Notes under the pieces: generated by a model
Databases searched by the model: none
What the model saw: only the letters and a program-made list of their open reading frames with translations
Told to the model about the DNA's origin: nothing
Part shown: positions 25,837 to 40,042 of the stretch, one piece after another
How the letters are laid out: the number at the start of each line of letters is the position of its first letter
How positions within the stretch are numbered: the stretch's first letter is position 1
Translations under genes and position numbers: made by a program
NCBI RefSeq assembly: GCF_018350175.1
Contig: NC_058368.1
Location: 96,660,001-96,724,000, forward strand
Direction of reading: 5' to 3'
DNA length: 64,000 nt
Source: Felis catus
Taxonomy: Eukaryota

Positions 25837-26478
25837 CTACAGACTAAAAGACTCTAATGGGCTGGTGAAAACCTTGCATTCTTTGGCTTGTGAAGAATCT
25901 GGTCACATTGTTCCTCCAAAGGCATATGTAAATCTTTATCTATATGTAGAACCATAACGAATGGTAACAGGCTTACTCTCAGACTTTCATTTGGTAAACA
26001 TGGCTCAGGGCACGTATCTGGTATAAATCCTATTAGATAATCTTTATTAGTAATGACAACTATTACATAGTAATCAGCTAATTAGAAAACAGAGTTTCAG
26101 GTTTACTGATCGATATTGTAAAAATATTTATGGCAATAATTACTTGAGAACAGAATCTATATACAGACACAATGCTTCTGTGTATATTTCATTTAGTATT
26201 ACTATTTCAAATAGTATTACACTTACTATTATTATTCAAGAACCATCTCTCCCTGGAAGACAAAATTACAAATAACTTTATTGTTGGTTTCAGGAACTTT
26301 CTGAAAATCTATTTACCTAACCTATTCAACTAGATTCCATGTGAGTAATCACCTCTTTGTAGAATAGAATGGTTGGCTGGGCTTTTCCAAGGACTGTTTA
26401 ATTCTCAACGTGTTTTTTAAAACTTTCTCCTGGCTGTGTCCACCAATTCTGAACTGTTCCATGTCAAAATGTGTACAA

Positions 26479-26806
26479 ATAAGTCAGTCAAAGACAGATA
26501 TCATATGATTTCACTCATATGTGGAATTTGAGAAAATCAACAGATGAACATACAGGAAGGTAAGGCAAAATAAGATAAAAAACAGTGGGAGGCAAACCAC
26601 AAGAGTCTCTTAAATACAGAGAACAAACTGAGGGTTGCTGGAGAGGGTGGATGGGTGGTGGGGGAGAGGGTTAAGTGGGTGACGAGTATTAAGGAGGGCA
26701 CTTTTCACGATGAGCACTGGGTGTCAAATTTAAGACATGAATCACTGGGTCCTACTCCCGAAGCCAAGACTACACCGTATGTTAACTAGAAAATAAGTGT
26801 TTTTTA
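26479..26806 (+). mobile_element. Carnivore/felid L1 3'UTR fragment
   Basis: tcatatgatttcactcatatgtggaatttgagaaa..gatgagcactgggtgt; TSD-like aaaatgtgtacaa / aaaaggtgcacaa. Confidence 0.9.
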
Positions 26807-28069
26807 AAAAGGTGCACAATCCTCATCAGGTTTTATCCATTCTAAGCCATGTGAAACACCTGCCTTAAACCACCTATAAACATTATCTCTATATTAGTCA
26901 GGATGCCTGCTGCATTCTAGGCATTACTAATCCCTTTGCAGGGTGGTGATCTTCTTGTTTGAAGAACAGGCTATTCTGGGGTACTGTTTGGGGACTTAAC
27001 AGAACAGGAGCTACTAACTATAGGCAGAAGGTAAATAATCCATTTTCCAAACATATTTAAATACTAAAATTAAGACAATCGAATCATAATTCCATACCTC
27101 TTATGTCAAGCGCGTTCTGGTTCCCAACCAAGTTAAATTTTAGTTGACAATTGGGGGCAGGGGAATCAATCTAGTTTTGTGTTCTAATTGCATTGTTTCT
27201 TTTCTCAACAGTTTATGGTTAATTTAAATAACTCATTTGTGCCTGATTAAAAAGGATTCAGTTAATTAATATGGACAAGTCTGTTGATGTCTATAGAAAT
27301 GCCACTAAATTTTTTAAGTTAACATAAATTCACAGTTGTCATTGGGGGAGAATAAATATACTAGAAGAACATTACTAAAGTGAAGATTTTAACACTGAAT
27401 ATAGCTAAGCATTTATTTTAACTGTCATTTGTTCTTGGTGGAGTTTGAAAAATATCTAAGTGAATAACTTAAAAGATACTATTATCATTATATATGTCTT
27501 TTTAAAATTAGTGTAATGTTAGGATATGATCCTGATGATTTTCCCAGTTTATCCAGCATCAGTCAGAGAAGAGTAACTGATTTTTTAAAACTCTTTTTTC
27601 CCAGAGCACTTATTCCAAAGTCAGTTTGGGTTCGGCTGAGAATATAAGTCTTTTCTGTTTCCCATTTCCAAATGATTCCCTATTTAGTTGTTGGGTTTGT
27701 GTGTGTGTGTGTGTGTATGTGTTTTGTTTTTGTTTTTCCTACTAAAGGAAAATCCCAGAGGGGAGTTGGCAGATGGTCGCTGGAATTGAGTCGATTTAAA
27801 ATTTTTATATATTGCAAAAGAGGCAATGATTCAATATGCCAAAGGAGAAGAATCTGATCACATTGTGATCTAATATGACTGACCAAATATTCCTGCTTGT
27901 TTTAAAATATTATCCTGCAGTACCAGATCATCTATGCCATTTTGTCAGACAGAAAATGGTCAACAGAGCTAGATAAAGGAGGAAAACCATTCTATTTCAT
28001 TATTTTACAAGTCAGGTCCAAATAAGGAACAGGATATAAGAAGAAGAGAAAGAAATCACACTTGGAAAC

Positions 28070-28637
28070 GTATTTTAGCTTTTTGTATCATAGTTGACAA
28101 ACAATATTCGTTTCAGGTGTACAACAGAGTGATTTGACATCTATCTACATTGTGAAATGATCACCATGGTAAGTCGTCTTGCCATTTGTCACCATACACA
28201 GTTATTGTAATATTATTGACTGTATCACCTATGCTGTATTTTCTCTCCCTGTGACTTATTCCTTTTATAACTGAAAGTTGGCACCTCTCAATCCCCTTTA
28301 CCTCTTTCACCCACCCACCCCCTCCTCTCTTCTGGCAACCACCAGTTTATTCTCTGTATGTTTGAGTTTATTTCTCTTTTCTTTGCTCACTTGTTTTGTT
28401 GTTGAAATTCCACATGTAAAGGAAATCATACAGTATTCGTCTTTCTCTTGCTGACATATTGCACTTGGTCCAATACCCTGAAGATCCATCCTAGACAGCA
28501 TCTGCTGTCACAATGACAAGATTTCCTTCTTTTTATGGCTAATATTTTATTGCATATATGTGTGTATACTTATATATATGCAATGATATATCATGATATA
28601 TGCATCATATATATATATGCAATGACATATATATATG

Positions 28638-28683
<46 letters not shown>

Positions 28684-28845
28684 CACTTAGAAAGCAACCT
28701 AAGTATCCATTAATAGATGAATGGATAAAGGAGATGTGATATATGTATATATGCCAGGATATCACATTTCCTTTATCCATTCACGTACTAATGGATACTT
28801 AGGTTGCTTCTCTATCTTGGCTATTGTAAATGGGCTGCATATGAA
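28070..28845 (-). mobile_element. L1MA-type (L1MA9-like) 3' fragment with (TA)n and an internal inverted duplication
   Basis: tttcaggtgtacaacagagtgatttgaca..tctggcaaccaccagttt..atcttggctattgtaaat. Confidence 0.85.
28640..28681. repeat. (TA)n microsatellite
   Basis: Directly visible. Confidence 0.95.
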
Positions 28846-30401
28846 TACATATTTTACCTCTGTGTACAAAATTAAAGTGATAAAAAAACATCTTTTTTTG
28901 ATGTAGTGTATGCAGTAGGTATTTAATGTAGTTTTCTTTATTTTTTATCAAATCTCAAGACAGTGATTTTTCCACAAGACCGCATAAGAGAGGCTCTTGT
29001 CTTGCTATCCTTCACATAGCCGGGCACAAAACAGGCAATAAATGAATGTTTCCAAAGAAATATTTTGTTAATTAGCATACAGCTTTGTTATACTCTGTTC
29101 CTATAGGTAGTTTATATTGCCAAGGAAAATCATGATTCTTACCACTCAAAATGTACCAAAAATGTTCCCATGTATCTAAGATCAGGTAGTCCTAACTATT
29201 TCATATGATAGCAAAAGGACTATACTAGAAGCTGACAAACTTAAGTTTTTGTCACTATTAACTAGTTCTCTTAAGTAAGGCTTACCTCTCTAGGACTCAG
29301 TTTTCTTTCTTGTCAAGTGAGATTGCATGAGAGGTCATGATTCAGTGTGCACTTTCTGCAAAGGGGATTGGCTCCTCAAATCCAGGGCAAATTTTTGTCA
29401 GAGTCAAGTGCTATCAGAAGTGACAGTTTGATGTTGGTGTTGTTATTGGTAACCCAAGTGATTTTAAGTACGTTTATTTTAGATAAGATTCTCAAGACTC
29501 TTCTAGCAACCAAATGTAATATATAGGGCTTATTTTCTGTAGGAAAAAAACATCTGTGTTCAAAATTACAACCTAAAATCTATAACACAACATTCCATTA
29601 TTCACAATTATATATATTGGTATGTAGTTCAAATATATAGATAAACAAGTTAAAAAATGATAAAATCATTTCCTAAACATAAAACTAAATAATAGGACCC
29701 AATAAATTAAAATTTCATCCTATTTGATGGACACTACTTAAGAGACTTTTTTTAAAGGAATTATTATTTTGGCATTGTAGAGGTGTAATGCAGATTAAAT
29801 CTACATTACTTAATACATATTCAGTTAGTGTTTTGACTACGTGAGAAGATAAAGTGGAAAAAATTAATCATTGTACTCTTATGAGCTTTTTATTTGACCT
29901 AAGAAACCATCACTCTTGACTCCAGAATACTGTAATCAAGAAGAAAATGTGTACTTCTATTTAACCATTCATTCTTAAAGTCTTTTCTTGAGTTAGGATT
30001 TTAGGTTGAAATGTATATTTTTAAAAACTAAGGTCCTGAATTTATTAATGTGTGTATTTCACAACAAGGAACTAATCTATGGTCTAACAGTTTAAAATAA
30101 AAAATAAAACATCCATTTTTCTTTTAGTAAATACACTTTCAAAACTGAAATGTGATACCAATCTGAGTTTTAGGACTCCATACATCTACTTAATTCAAAA
30201 GATACTGACTACCCATACAGGGTAGGTACCAATGTGGTTCATATCAAAACAACGTATTTTGCCTGAATTGCTTAGCAACTTACTGCTAAGAAGATGGGAT
30301 GTGTAGAAATTACAGTGAGCTTTCATTCATTGCATTGACTTGGAGTACAGAAGGAAAGACCTAGAGATAGGCTCAGCTGATTTTAAACTAAAAACTAACT
30401 A

Positions 30402-30629
30402 GGGCACCTGGCTGGCTCAGTAGGTTAAGCATCCAACTCTTCATTTCACCTCAGGTCACGATCTCATAGTTCATGGGTGGAGCCTCCCCACCCCCGACCT
30501 CCATTGGGGGCTCTGTGCTGACAGCATGGAGGATTCTTGAGATTCTGTCACTTACCTCTCCCCTTCCTGCTCCCCCACTTACGCACTCATTCTCTCTCTT
30601 TCAAAATAAATAAACTTTAAAATTAAAAC
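30402..30629 (+). mobile_element. CAN-SINE
   Basis: gggcacctggctggctcagtaggttaagc head, CT body, AATAAA tail. Confidence 0.9.
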
Positions 30630-32765
30630 ATTTCAGGGAACTTTTTTCACAAGCACTAAGCATCCTGTTCCTCTTGTTTCAAACCTCACAGGGCTCATGG
30701 TTGTTCATTAATGTTGGGATCCTGTTTCAGTGTTTTCCACAGCACAAATCTACTCTAAAACCAAAAGGCCTGTTTTAAGTTGACCTAAAACTATTTTTTT
30801 GCAACCATACCACCAGATGCCACCCTCATTTTTACCCCCTTTCTTCTCCCTTTCATTTTTTCTGAATGAAACGTGACTTCTGTGTTAGACTCAGATTGGC
30901 ACAGATGCTGGGAGGAACGAAGTTTAAGTAGCTTATAAATTTGAATTTAATATCCGTTAAGTTTATTGAAATAAGAACATTTCAGTGATGCCATTTTGTT
31001 TGTTTTCAAATCATGTTTTGACAGTCATGAGTAATGTCCCAATGAGAAAGCAATCAATTTAAGTCCTTTTGAAGTTTTTTGTTGTTGTTGTTGTTGTTTA
31101 ATTTCTTTTCAGTTAAGATTGTTCACACTTGGTTTACTTGAGGACACACAATCAGTTTACCTCAAAGTTTGAGGCCTGCAGGGAATTTACTGTTACTTTA
31201 GTACACCATTTTCTTTTGACCATTCATCACTTTTCTGTTGCTTCATATAGAAAAGTTACAAGTCTGCCCCATCTTCCACTGTGTTGAACACAGATTGACG
31301 TTGGAATGTCAAGTAAAGGGTTGAAGAATATCAACATGGACAGCTACTCAGTGGCAGCGGAAAAAAAAAAATACTCATGACATCTAAAGTCCTCCAAGTG
31401 TTCAGAAATCAAGCAATCAATTTGCAAAAACAGGTTGGCAATTTTGATGCATTCATAATATTAGATTAAATTTAACTTTATTGGCTTCTTTTTAATATTT
31501 AGTTGCATCTGTGTTTGGGAGCAAGAGACAGCAGGTGTACTGAAAGGCTATTCAATTCCCAAGGAAAGAGAGAGGCTCTTATTCCCAGGAAAATGCATGA
31601 GCAGCTAAGGGTAATCAATTTTCACATGCCGAGGGCTTTCAAATTCAACCCATCCGACATTTCATTGTCACTACCTCCAGCCTCCAACATGAGGGCATTT
31701 ACTTGGCTTATTTTTATGCCTATTGGTATGTCTTCAGGGGAAGTTTTATTTACACTCAGAAAAGGTTTACATTTTTTGTAAAAGGCAATAGCGTATTTCT
31801 CAAGTTAAATCATAATGGATAAGGTTATCAATTGCTGAAGTTGGATGATTCTGGGGATTACTATGGATGACAAAGATCATGATCCAACAGGGTTTGTATC
31901 TTATCTATGTCAGATAAATATAACTGAAAGGACTATTATAAAGTCGAATTTTGCTCCAAAGCAGAAATTCAATACTAAAGAACCCAAAGTGTCAGAGTAA
32001 GATGGTAGATGAAGGAAGAAAAAAGAGATAACCCCAAGCTCAGTTCACATTAATCAATATATCATTAGTTCCTCTTAACAGAGCTGTCTCCATGCTAGAA
32101 ATCTGTCATGAAAAGGCTCCTCCTTTCTGCAGCTTCAATATATCTCTTGGAATGTGTTCATAAAGAACGTACACAAGGTAGACATTTTTTTCTTTGCGAC
32201 TAAAGGGAAGCAAAGGGGTGTCCTTTATAAACTACACTGGGAGCCTTTCTGCAAAACTAAGGTAGCAGATTACCTGGCTGTAGGACCCCTCCTAATGGTC
32301 CTCATAAAATACCCATGAATGTAAACAAATACATAATAACTGAGAAAATCCCTGGAAACAGAAATAAGAGTAGATAATTTGTCAAAGTCCCAGGTGGGGG
32401 TAGGATGGCAGTTCACACTGAAGGCACCTTCTATGGGGATAGATTTGAAAATCCATTCTTCCATCTAACCCATCCCCCTTGGTCTGACAGGCCCAGACCA
32501 AATGGACTCCCCAAGCCCTGTGAAGGCAAGGAAATACAACCCTGATAGCTGAGTTCCTGCTCCTTCATGCAACATCATCGCTGCCCAGTAAGAAGCTGCT
32601 ATTCCTCAAAATCTAGGCAATTTATCTTCTAAATCAGCCAGATCCTGAGCCATTCCTCCTTCCCTTTGTTCCTCCTACAGTCATTCAGAAACTACAGCTG
32701 AACTTTAATACTGGAATAGTATTGGAGCACAGTGTTCTGAATTCATGAATTAAAAGCATACTGCT

Positions 32766-32980
32766 GGGGGCACCTGGGTGGCTCAGTTGGTTAATCCTCT
32801 GATTTAGGCTCAGGTCAAGATCCCTGGGGCTCTGTGCTGACAGCTCAGAACCTGGAGCCTGCTTCAGATTCTTTGTCTCCCTCTCTCTCTGTCCCTCCCC
32901 CTCCCCTGCTCACATGCTCATGCCATGCTCTGGCTCTCTCTCTTTCTCTCTCTCAAAAATAAACAACCTTTTTTTTTTTC
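32766..32980 (+). mobile_element. CAN-SINE, B-box segment deleted
   Basis: Perfect TSD aaagcatactgct 32753-32765 / 32981-32993. Confidence 0.92.
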
Positions 32981-33012
32981 AAAGCATACTGCTAAGGATT
33001 GCTTATTTAGAC

Positions 33013-33332
33013 CAGTGCTTCTCAAGTTATCCTGTGTGAAAAATCACTGTATTCATTTTGTTAAAATTTCCAATCTGTGGCAGAATGATACTTCAGAAAA
33101 TGAAAATAAAAGTGAATTACTTAGCAAATTAAAGTAACCATCCATCATACAAAATTTAAGGACAATATTTTTTCAACAATTAGACTCAACAGCCATGAAA
33201 TTACCCTAACTGATTTTTTTTAAAGCAAGTTTCAAAAGCCTTACTTTCAATTACCATAATTATCTGTTGTGGACTTGTAGCCAACATTTTGCATACTGGC
33301 AATATTCTGTGAACCACACCTGCAGTAGTGTG
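33013..33332 (+). mobile_element. hAT-Charlie MITE relic (subfamily uncertain)
   Basis: cagtgcttctcaag start, gaaccacacctgcagtagtgtg end, internal aaatttccaatctgt..aaatgaaaataaaagtgaattactt. Confidence 0.6.
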
Positions 33333-35146
33333 GGGTTCGATAACTCAATATTCAACACAGGGAAGTCCATGTTAGCCCAGTGTTTTATAATGAAATGATG
33401 CCTTTGCAGCTTCTTCAAGCACAATTTAGCCATCTTCCTCTTCTTTAAGTTTAGATCTTAATGGAAAGGAGCTAAAGACATTCCATCCTGCCATTCTTTG
33501 GGGAGGCACTGGAAATAGATTTCTTATGGAGTCTAAAAGAATTACTAAAACAAAAAGAAAACAAGACATCTCTCCCTATCTTTAACAAAGTTCTATCTCT
33601 GCAGATAATTAACAAGAAATAGGATTTCAGAAGTGCACCCAGAAAGAGACAAATAACACAAATAGTTTTGGAATCAAGAACCATGGGACATAAGAAAAGA
33701 ACATGTTCAGGTGAAGACTGAAACTCAATGATTTAACATAATACAAGAAGAGTGAAATCTTCAATAAATTTAGAATCCATTAAAATTAGTAAAAAGAATA
33801 TACACTGAAATCAATCCTATCAGTTGTGCTAAGGATAAACATGAATACTATTCTATGGACACAAGTGAAAAATGAGGGAATATGAAAGACCAAGTAGACA
33901 AGAAATACAGGTTCAGTCTAGGATTTCCAGATTTTCCTAAGGAAACAATAAAACAGAAGCTTATAGATCCAAAGGGCTCAATAAATTTCAGGATACCTTC
34001 AGTGTAGGTAGTCAATAAATATTGGATACATGGGTTGATGATTGGCAGGAGAAAGACAATTATACCAGTGACTTAGTTTAATCAAGTTCTCACAGCTATT
34101 TAGCTAACTCTCTAGGAACACTCTGTATTGAACTATAACAGAAGCAAAGAATGTAGCAATAGACTTGATGTACACCCTACTCCCTCACCATGAGTCAGTG
34201 GGGGAGGGAGAGTAGCCTAAGGAAAAGAAATTTGTAAACATACACAGGCTCAACAGAATGGCCCTCATGTAATATCAAAGTACAAAGTGTCCAAGGAGCT
34301 GTGCCATTTTGGTTTGCTTAACCTTTTTGTTATTCCCAGTGGTTGTAGTCAATGTATGGAGTCACTAGAAAAGCTCCAAAATTTAAGTAGCAGCTCAGGA
34401 GCAACCATGTGGTCATTTTTAGATTAATTCATAGTAATCCATGGAGGAAGGACTAATGGAGTGAGGGGAGGGAGCACATTCTTTACTTCTCCCAGAGCTA
34501 TACTTTGGTAGTGCCACTAGCATGATGACAGAGAGACAAGCTATAACACATCCCCATTCGTCCCTATGGGACACCCTTCGTGTCATTTCCACATTTAGCC
34601 CTAACCTTTTTTCCCAGCTCTGGCATGGCTCTTATTTTTTACTATGCATTGTTTATCTGAACACTATCCCATTGAGCTATACTTCAAAGCAGGTGTATTT
34701 CCAATGGCATTCACTCAGCATGGCACATTCCTCTAAGTAATTCTTTTGATAAAAAGTACCAAAAAAAAAGGAAAAAAAAAAAACAAGGTTTTGCTTATAG
34801 GAATTATTACATGTTTTGTTTTCCGTGGGAAACTTGTGTATGTTTGTGTCTGTCTGGGCTGGAGGTGTGGGTAATACTGAACTGCCCACAGAATATGGTG
34901 CTGCTTCCTTGGAACCAATCACAAGCAAAGTCAAGAAAGCATGAATAAGGGTAAACATGTGGCCTGAAATTGGCTTTGTTCTTGCATGAAGGTAAGTGAC
35001 CCATGACTTTGACTTCAGCACTACTGTTCTTGGCTCTGAAGAGCTTGCATTATGGGTATATTAAAGGAGAGAGATGAGAAGAGATAGTCTAAATGGAAAG
35101 AAGAAATTCTGTAGGAAGAAAGCATTTATTAAAAGTACAGAATTTA

Positions 35147-35303
35147 GGGGTGCCTGAGTGGCTCAGTCGATTAAGTGTCTAACTCTTGGTTTTGGCACAG
35201 TTCATGATCTTATGGTTCATGAGTTTGAGCCCCATGTCAGGCTCTCTCTCCCTCTCTCTCTTCATCTCTCCCTGTCACCCCCCAAAATAAATACACTTTT
35301 TTA
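35147..35303 (+). mobile_element. CAN-SINE, central body deleted
   Basis: TSD aaaagtacagaatt / aaaagtacaaaatt. Confidence 0.9.
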
Positions 35304-35604
35304 AAAAGTACAAAATTAAGATGTAACAACAACAACAAAAAAAACAAAAAAACAAGTAGTCCAGCTAGATTTCATTACTGGACACAAAACAAAATCAACA
35401 ATACAAAAAGGCACTGAGATGGAGCATACTGCACAGGCCATACTGAATGTCAGACCTAGAAGTATGATGGAGAGTCAATCAATGTTTCTGAGCAAACTAT
35501 TAGCAGACCGAAGTGAATTTAACGGAAGAAATTTCTAGAAATGATTCCTAGAAATGTATGACTCTTCATATAAGACTATGAGCATTAAAAAAAATAAAAG
35601 TTAT

Positions 35605-35818
35605 GGGGCACCTGGGTAGCTCAGTCAGTTAAGTGTCTGACTTTGGCTCAGGTCATTATCTCACAATTTGTGGGTTCGAGCCCCGTGTCCAGCTCTGTGC
35701 TGACAGCTCAGAGCCTGGAGCCTGCTTTTGATTCTGTGTCCCTCTCTCTCTGCCCCTCCCCTGCTCACGCTCTCTGTCTCTCAAAAATAAATAAATGTAA
35801 AAAAAAATTAAAAAAAAA
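35605..35818 (+). mobile_element. CAN-SINE (SINEC_Fc-like)
   Basis: Full length with GGTTCGAGCCCC B-box. Confidence 0.95.
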
Positions 35819-37289
35819 GAAGTTAATACTCAAAAGGATTTTTACAGTGTGAGAATAATGAAATGAGATCCTTAAGAAAATAAATTTAGCTATTGGGGTC
35901 TACATGCCAAATGTGACTGAAGGTCAAAACTCAAATATCTCATAAAAATGAAACTATAAAAGTCTCAAAGACAAATAATAATATAGCCAGATCAAAGCAC
36001 TCTTTCGGCAGAAAAAAAAAATGCAAGACAAAAATAAGTAAGAGACGAGCTAAAAGCGAGCCAAGACAGATCTAGGCAAATGGAATAATTTACCCATCTG
36101 ACCAAGAGGGCAAGGAGAAAACAGAAAGCTTAAAGTCCATGAAAAAAGAGTCTTCGTATTGGTCATATAATTGCAATTAATCAAATCATATTAGATTAAG
36201 AGCAAGGGAAAATGTTTTAGGCCCAGTACCTAAAGTTTTCTAGTGTCTAGAGGAAAAGAAAGTTAACATCATCAATAAACAATTAAGTTACAATATATTT
36301 AAAAAAATTTTTGATCAACTCAGAATGGATAAAGCACAAAGTGAAAATCTCAAACTCATTCATGCTTTAAGCCAAAACTGACTTTAGAGACCTTTCAAAA
36401 GTCCTTTCAACTATAAGAACCACTCGGTGTATCTAGTTATCTTATAGGTAGGCATCCCATAGACTATACCTGGAAAAGGAGAGAGAATTTGACCCCTAGC
36501 AATGACACAATCAGACTCAAAAGAGAAGAACCACATTAAGTTGCACGAAGTCCTTTAGCTGTTAAATTGAATAGCAGAAAGTGAGTATACTACCTGTCCA
36601 ATCATTGTTCAGCAGAGCCAAGCTTTCCTGCCATTTTTGCTACCACCTTTAAGCATGTTAAATACACAACAGAGCCCAACAATTTAACACCCCAAATGAC
36701 AGGAAAAAAAGTTTGACCAATAAAATCAAATTAAGACCATTTCTTTGTGATCTAACCAACATCTTAGTATGGTCTCATAAACGAGCCAACTAAATAAGGT
36801 TTTGTTAAGATTCTTTCATTATACAACAAAAACAATTGAATATTATATTGAGGAAAAAAGCATGAAAATTAACCATTTGCATCTTCAGTCTGAAACCAAG
36901 AAATAAATACAAGCAGCAGTGTATAAAACTTACAAAAGGAGACATAAGGAGGGCCAACGTTAAAATGTCAGGAATATAACCTAGTCTAAAATTTAAGAGT
37001 ACCTGAATTGATAACGAGATACATGAGAGATGAAGACAGTGAGGGGAAGATATTAATGATCATGAATTCAAATACAGAAAAGGAGGTTTTAAAGGGTAAT
37101 CATATTTAAATAGCTGTCTTTTCATTGCCCTTTCTCCTCAACTCTGACCTCAAATCCACTCACTGTGAAAAACTAAATGACTCCATGATGAAGCCAGAAG
37201 ACTAATCTTCAGTAGAAAGCAGATTTCAGGGACTGCAATGTTGTTCAGAGTGAGATTCAGCTGCAGGGATCAAGTTTGAAAGTAGCATT

Positions 37290-37483
37290 GGGTCGCCTGG
37301 GTGACTCAGTCGGTGGAGGGTCCATCTTACTTCAGCTCAGGTCATGATCTCACAGTTCTTGAGTTTGAGCCCCACATTGGGCTCACCGCTATCAGCACAG
37401 AGACAGCTTCCTCTCTCCTCCCCTCTCTCTGCCCCTCCCCACTCATGCTTTCTCCAATATGAATAAACATGTTTAAAAAAATC
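37290..37483 (+). mobile_element. CAN-SINE
   Basis: Head, CT body, AATAAA tail; TSD-like aaagtagcattg / aaagtataattg. Confidence 0.9.
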
Positions 37484-38259
37484 AAAGTATAATTGTTTTC
37501 AGTAGAAAAGTAGTCCATAACTATGGGAGGGGAGCCTAGTAAGAGAAAACTTAGGTTTACAGAAAAGCAAAAGAAAAATGACATCAAAGGCAGTAGGCAA
37601 AAGGAGAAAAATAAATTAAGTGAATAGGGAAGATCCAGATTTGTATGGATAGAAGCTAAAGAGGTAAAAGAAAAAGTAATCCGAAATTAATAACCCTCAA
37701 GAAATGCCAGTGTATTTAAACATTTACAAGCATTTTCACATCAAGACTCAGAAGAAGGTTCATAAATCATCATGTCACACTAAAGGCAACAATACATATG
37801 AGGGGGAAAAAAAGAAAGACCTAGTGGGTGTTAAAATCAATATCATGTACCCAGTCTTGCAGTATACTGATGTTAAAAAATGAATTGTAAGCCCCTGAGA
37901 AAAAACATGTCTTCTTATATTTTAATAATTAGCTTTCATACTGTCCTGCAAAAGATACATTTCTGAAAAAGCTGAAATGTAACTAGGCAACATTTTATTA
38001 TGGACAAGGCAAAATGAAATTATTTGATGAAATTAGACTATATAAACGGAAGAGTTCAAACACATTCATGTTCTCATGCTCAGAGCCACACTTCAAATAG
38101 TGGCAGGTTTAGTATTTCATGCATTTAAATATCAAGATAAATTTTATCATTTCCTAGAAAAGCATCAAGTGTTAGCAGTTCTAGAGTAAGATTTTCTTTT
38201 CCTTATGTAAATTAATGAACATTGTTTAGTTCTCCTCACAGCTTAATTTTGTAAACTCT

Positions 38260-38452
38260 TTTTTTTTATTTTTTTAAACATTTATTTTAGAGACAGAGAG
38301 AGCACAAGCAGGGGGAGGGGCAGAATCTGAAGCAGGCTGCAGGCTCTGAGCTGTCAGCACAGAGCCCAATGCAGGGCCCTAACCCACAAACCATGAGATC
38401 ATGACTTAAGCCAAAGTCTGACACTTAACCAACTGAACCACCCAGGTGCCCC
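38260..38452 (-). mobile_element. CAN-SINE
   Basis: TSD aattttgtaaactct 38245-38259 / aattttttaaactct 38453-38467. Confidence 0.93.
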
Positions 38453-38844
38453 AATTTTTTAAACTCTCCAATGAACGATTAAATAACCCAAGTTTTTGAA
38501 ATTAGAGATTGTCCACAAACTATACCAAGAAACAAGATTAAACTGAGGATATGGGGCAATTGATATTAGCTGAAATTCACACAGAAAGAAAAATGTCCAA
38601 ATCACAGAAACTTTTATAAGCCCCTAACTTTCCATTTTTTGAGTTATGATTCCACAGGGCCCCTGATTTAATATTTGGATTAACGATTTTGGCACAGGTC
38701 TCCCCGGAAAAGAACTGTTTCTGGTGAAATCACTTTGGGCTGTTTTTTCAAACAGCAATGGATAAATGAATGGGATGACCATTTCGTCCAGAGTCTGGGG
38801 CAAAACAGTCAAATGAACTGATAAAGAAACAAAGCAATAGGGAT

Positions 38845-39074
38845 AGAGGAAAAGAAGAAGGAGGAGGAGGAGGAGGAGGAGGAGGAGGAGGAGGAGGGAG
38901 GAGGAGGGAAGGAGGGAGAAGGGAGGAGGAGAAGGGAGGGAGAGAGGGGAGGAGGGAGAAGGAGAAGGGAGGGAGAGAGAGGAGGAGGGAGGAGGAGGAG
39001 GGAGGAGAAGGGAGGAGGAGGGGGGCTGGGGGAGGAGGAGGGGGGCTGGGGAAGGAGGAGGAGGAGGAAAGGGA
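38845..39074. repeat. Homopurine (GGA)n-type low-complexity tract
   Basis: 230 nt with only 4 pyrimidines on the + strand. Confidence 0.95.
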
Positions 39075-40042
39075 TCCAAAAGCAGACTAGTCCAACAGTA
39101 AAATGAGGTTCAGAGAATACAGAAGTGAAAAAAAATTAAACTAGGACCCAGAGGATAGATTCCAAATGTGCTACAGTGAACCACAGGTAACTAGTTCAGA
39201 GGCAGGCACCTGAGTACTTTAATTTCCTTGCAGCTCTATACACTCCTTTCAGGTAATCTCCGGTGATCATTTTAACCATGGCTAACTCAGCCAGCCTGAC
39301 TCCTCAATCGGCTTTCACATTCATTGGAATATGGATGCACACAGGGATGTTTCTCCTTCTATGTGACAACAACAAATCTTTAAGTAATCCTACATTTTTT
39401 ACTTCAAAGTAAGCTTCAGCTCAAGTTCAGTACCAGTGTAGAGCCCTCACTCCACCACGCACGGCAGGACAACCTGGAACCTCTCAAGTCTGAGAAAGCC
39501 CTAAGGTTCTCCAGGCTCCAAAGGATTGACCTCTAATCAAGTCAAGCGATGGGACAGTTGAGAATCCAGACAAATCTCTGAAGATACTAAGAAATGCATC
39601 ACCTGCAGACTAATTCCTTTATTAAAATCCCATCTGATCTGGTTTTTTAATTCTGTCTTCCTGTTGGCTATCGCAAAATCCCGAATACTTCCAAATTATG
39701 ACATCTTAGCCATTGTAAAATCCTCCCCCATGACCACACTAGCCTAACTTCTGGCTCAGATTATGTTATTTCATGATGAATAATTAATGCATTTTGATGC
39801 CCAGTGAAAGACTTCTAAGCCTTAGTGTTTATCATCTACAAATCACAGTTTATTTTTCTATGAACGCTATTCTTAAATTCTGCCTTGCAATTTCACAGAG
39901 TTGGGAATCTCGTTCTTATTCTTAGGGAACAAGGAATGTTTTCTCCTCTAAATTAATACTGAAGAATATGCACTTCAGGTCTACTAGCTAAATGGAAAAA
40001 TAGGAGTGCATTTACTGCAAGTATCTCCTATTTGTATCTTTA

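Noticed and set aside
38624..39079. Longest ORF (151 aa, Pro/Leu/Ser-rich)
   Set aside because: About half is translation of the (TCC)n low-complexity tract, and it has no ATG start in the sequence
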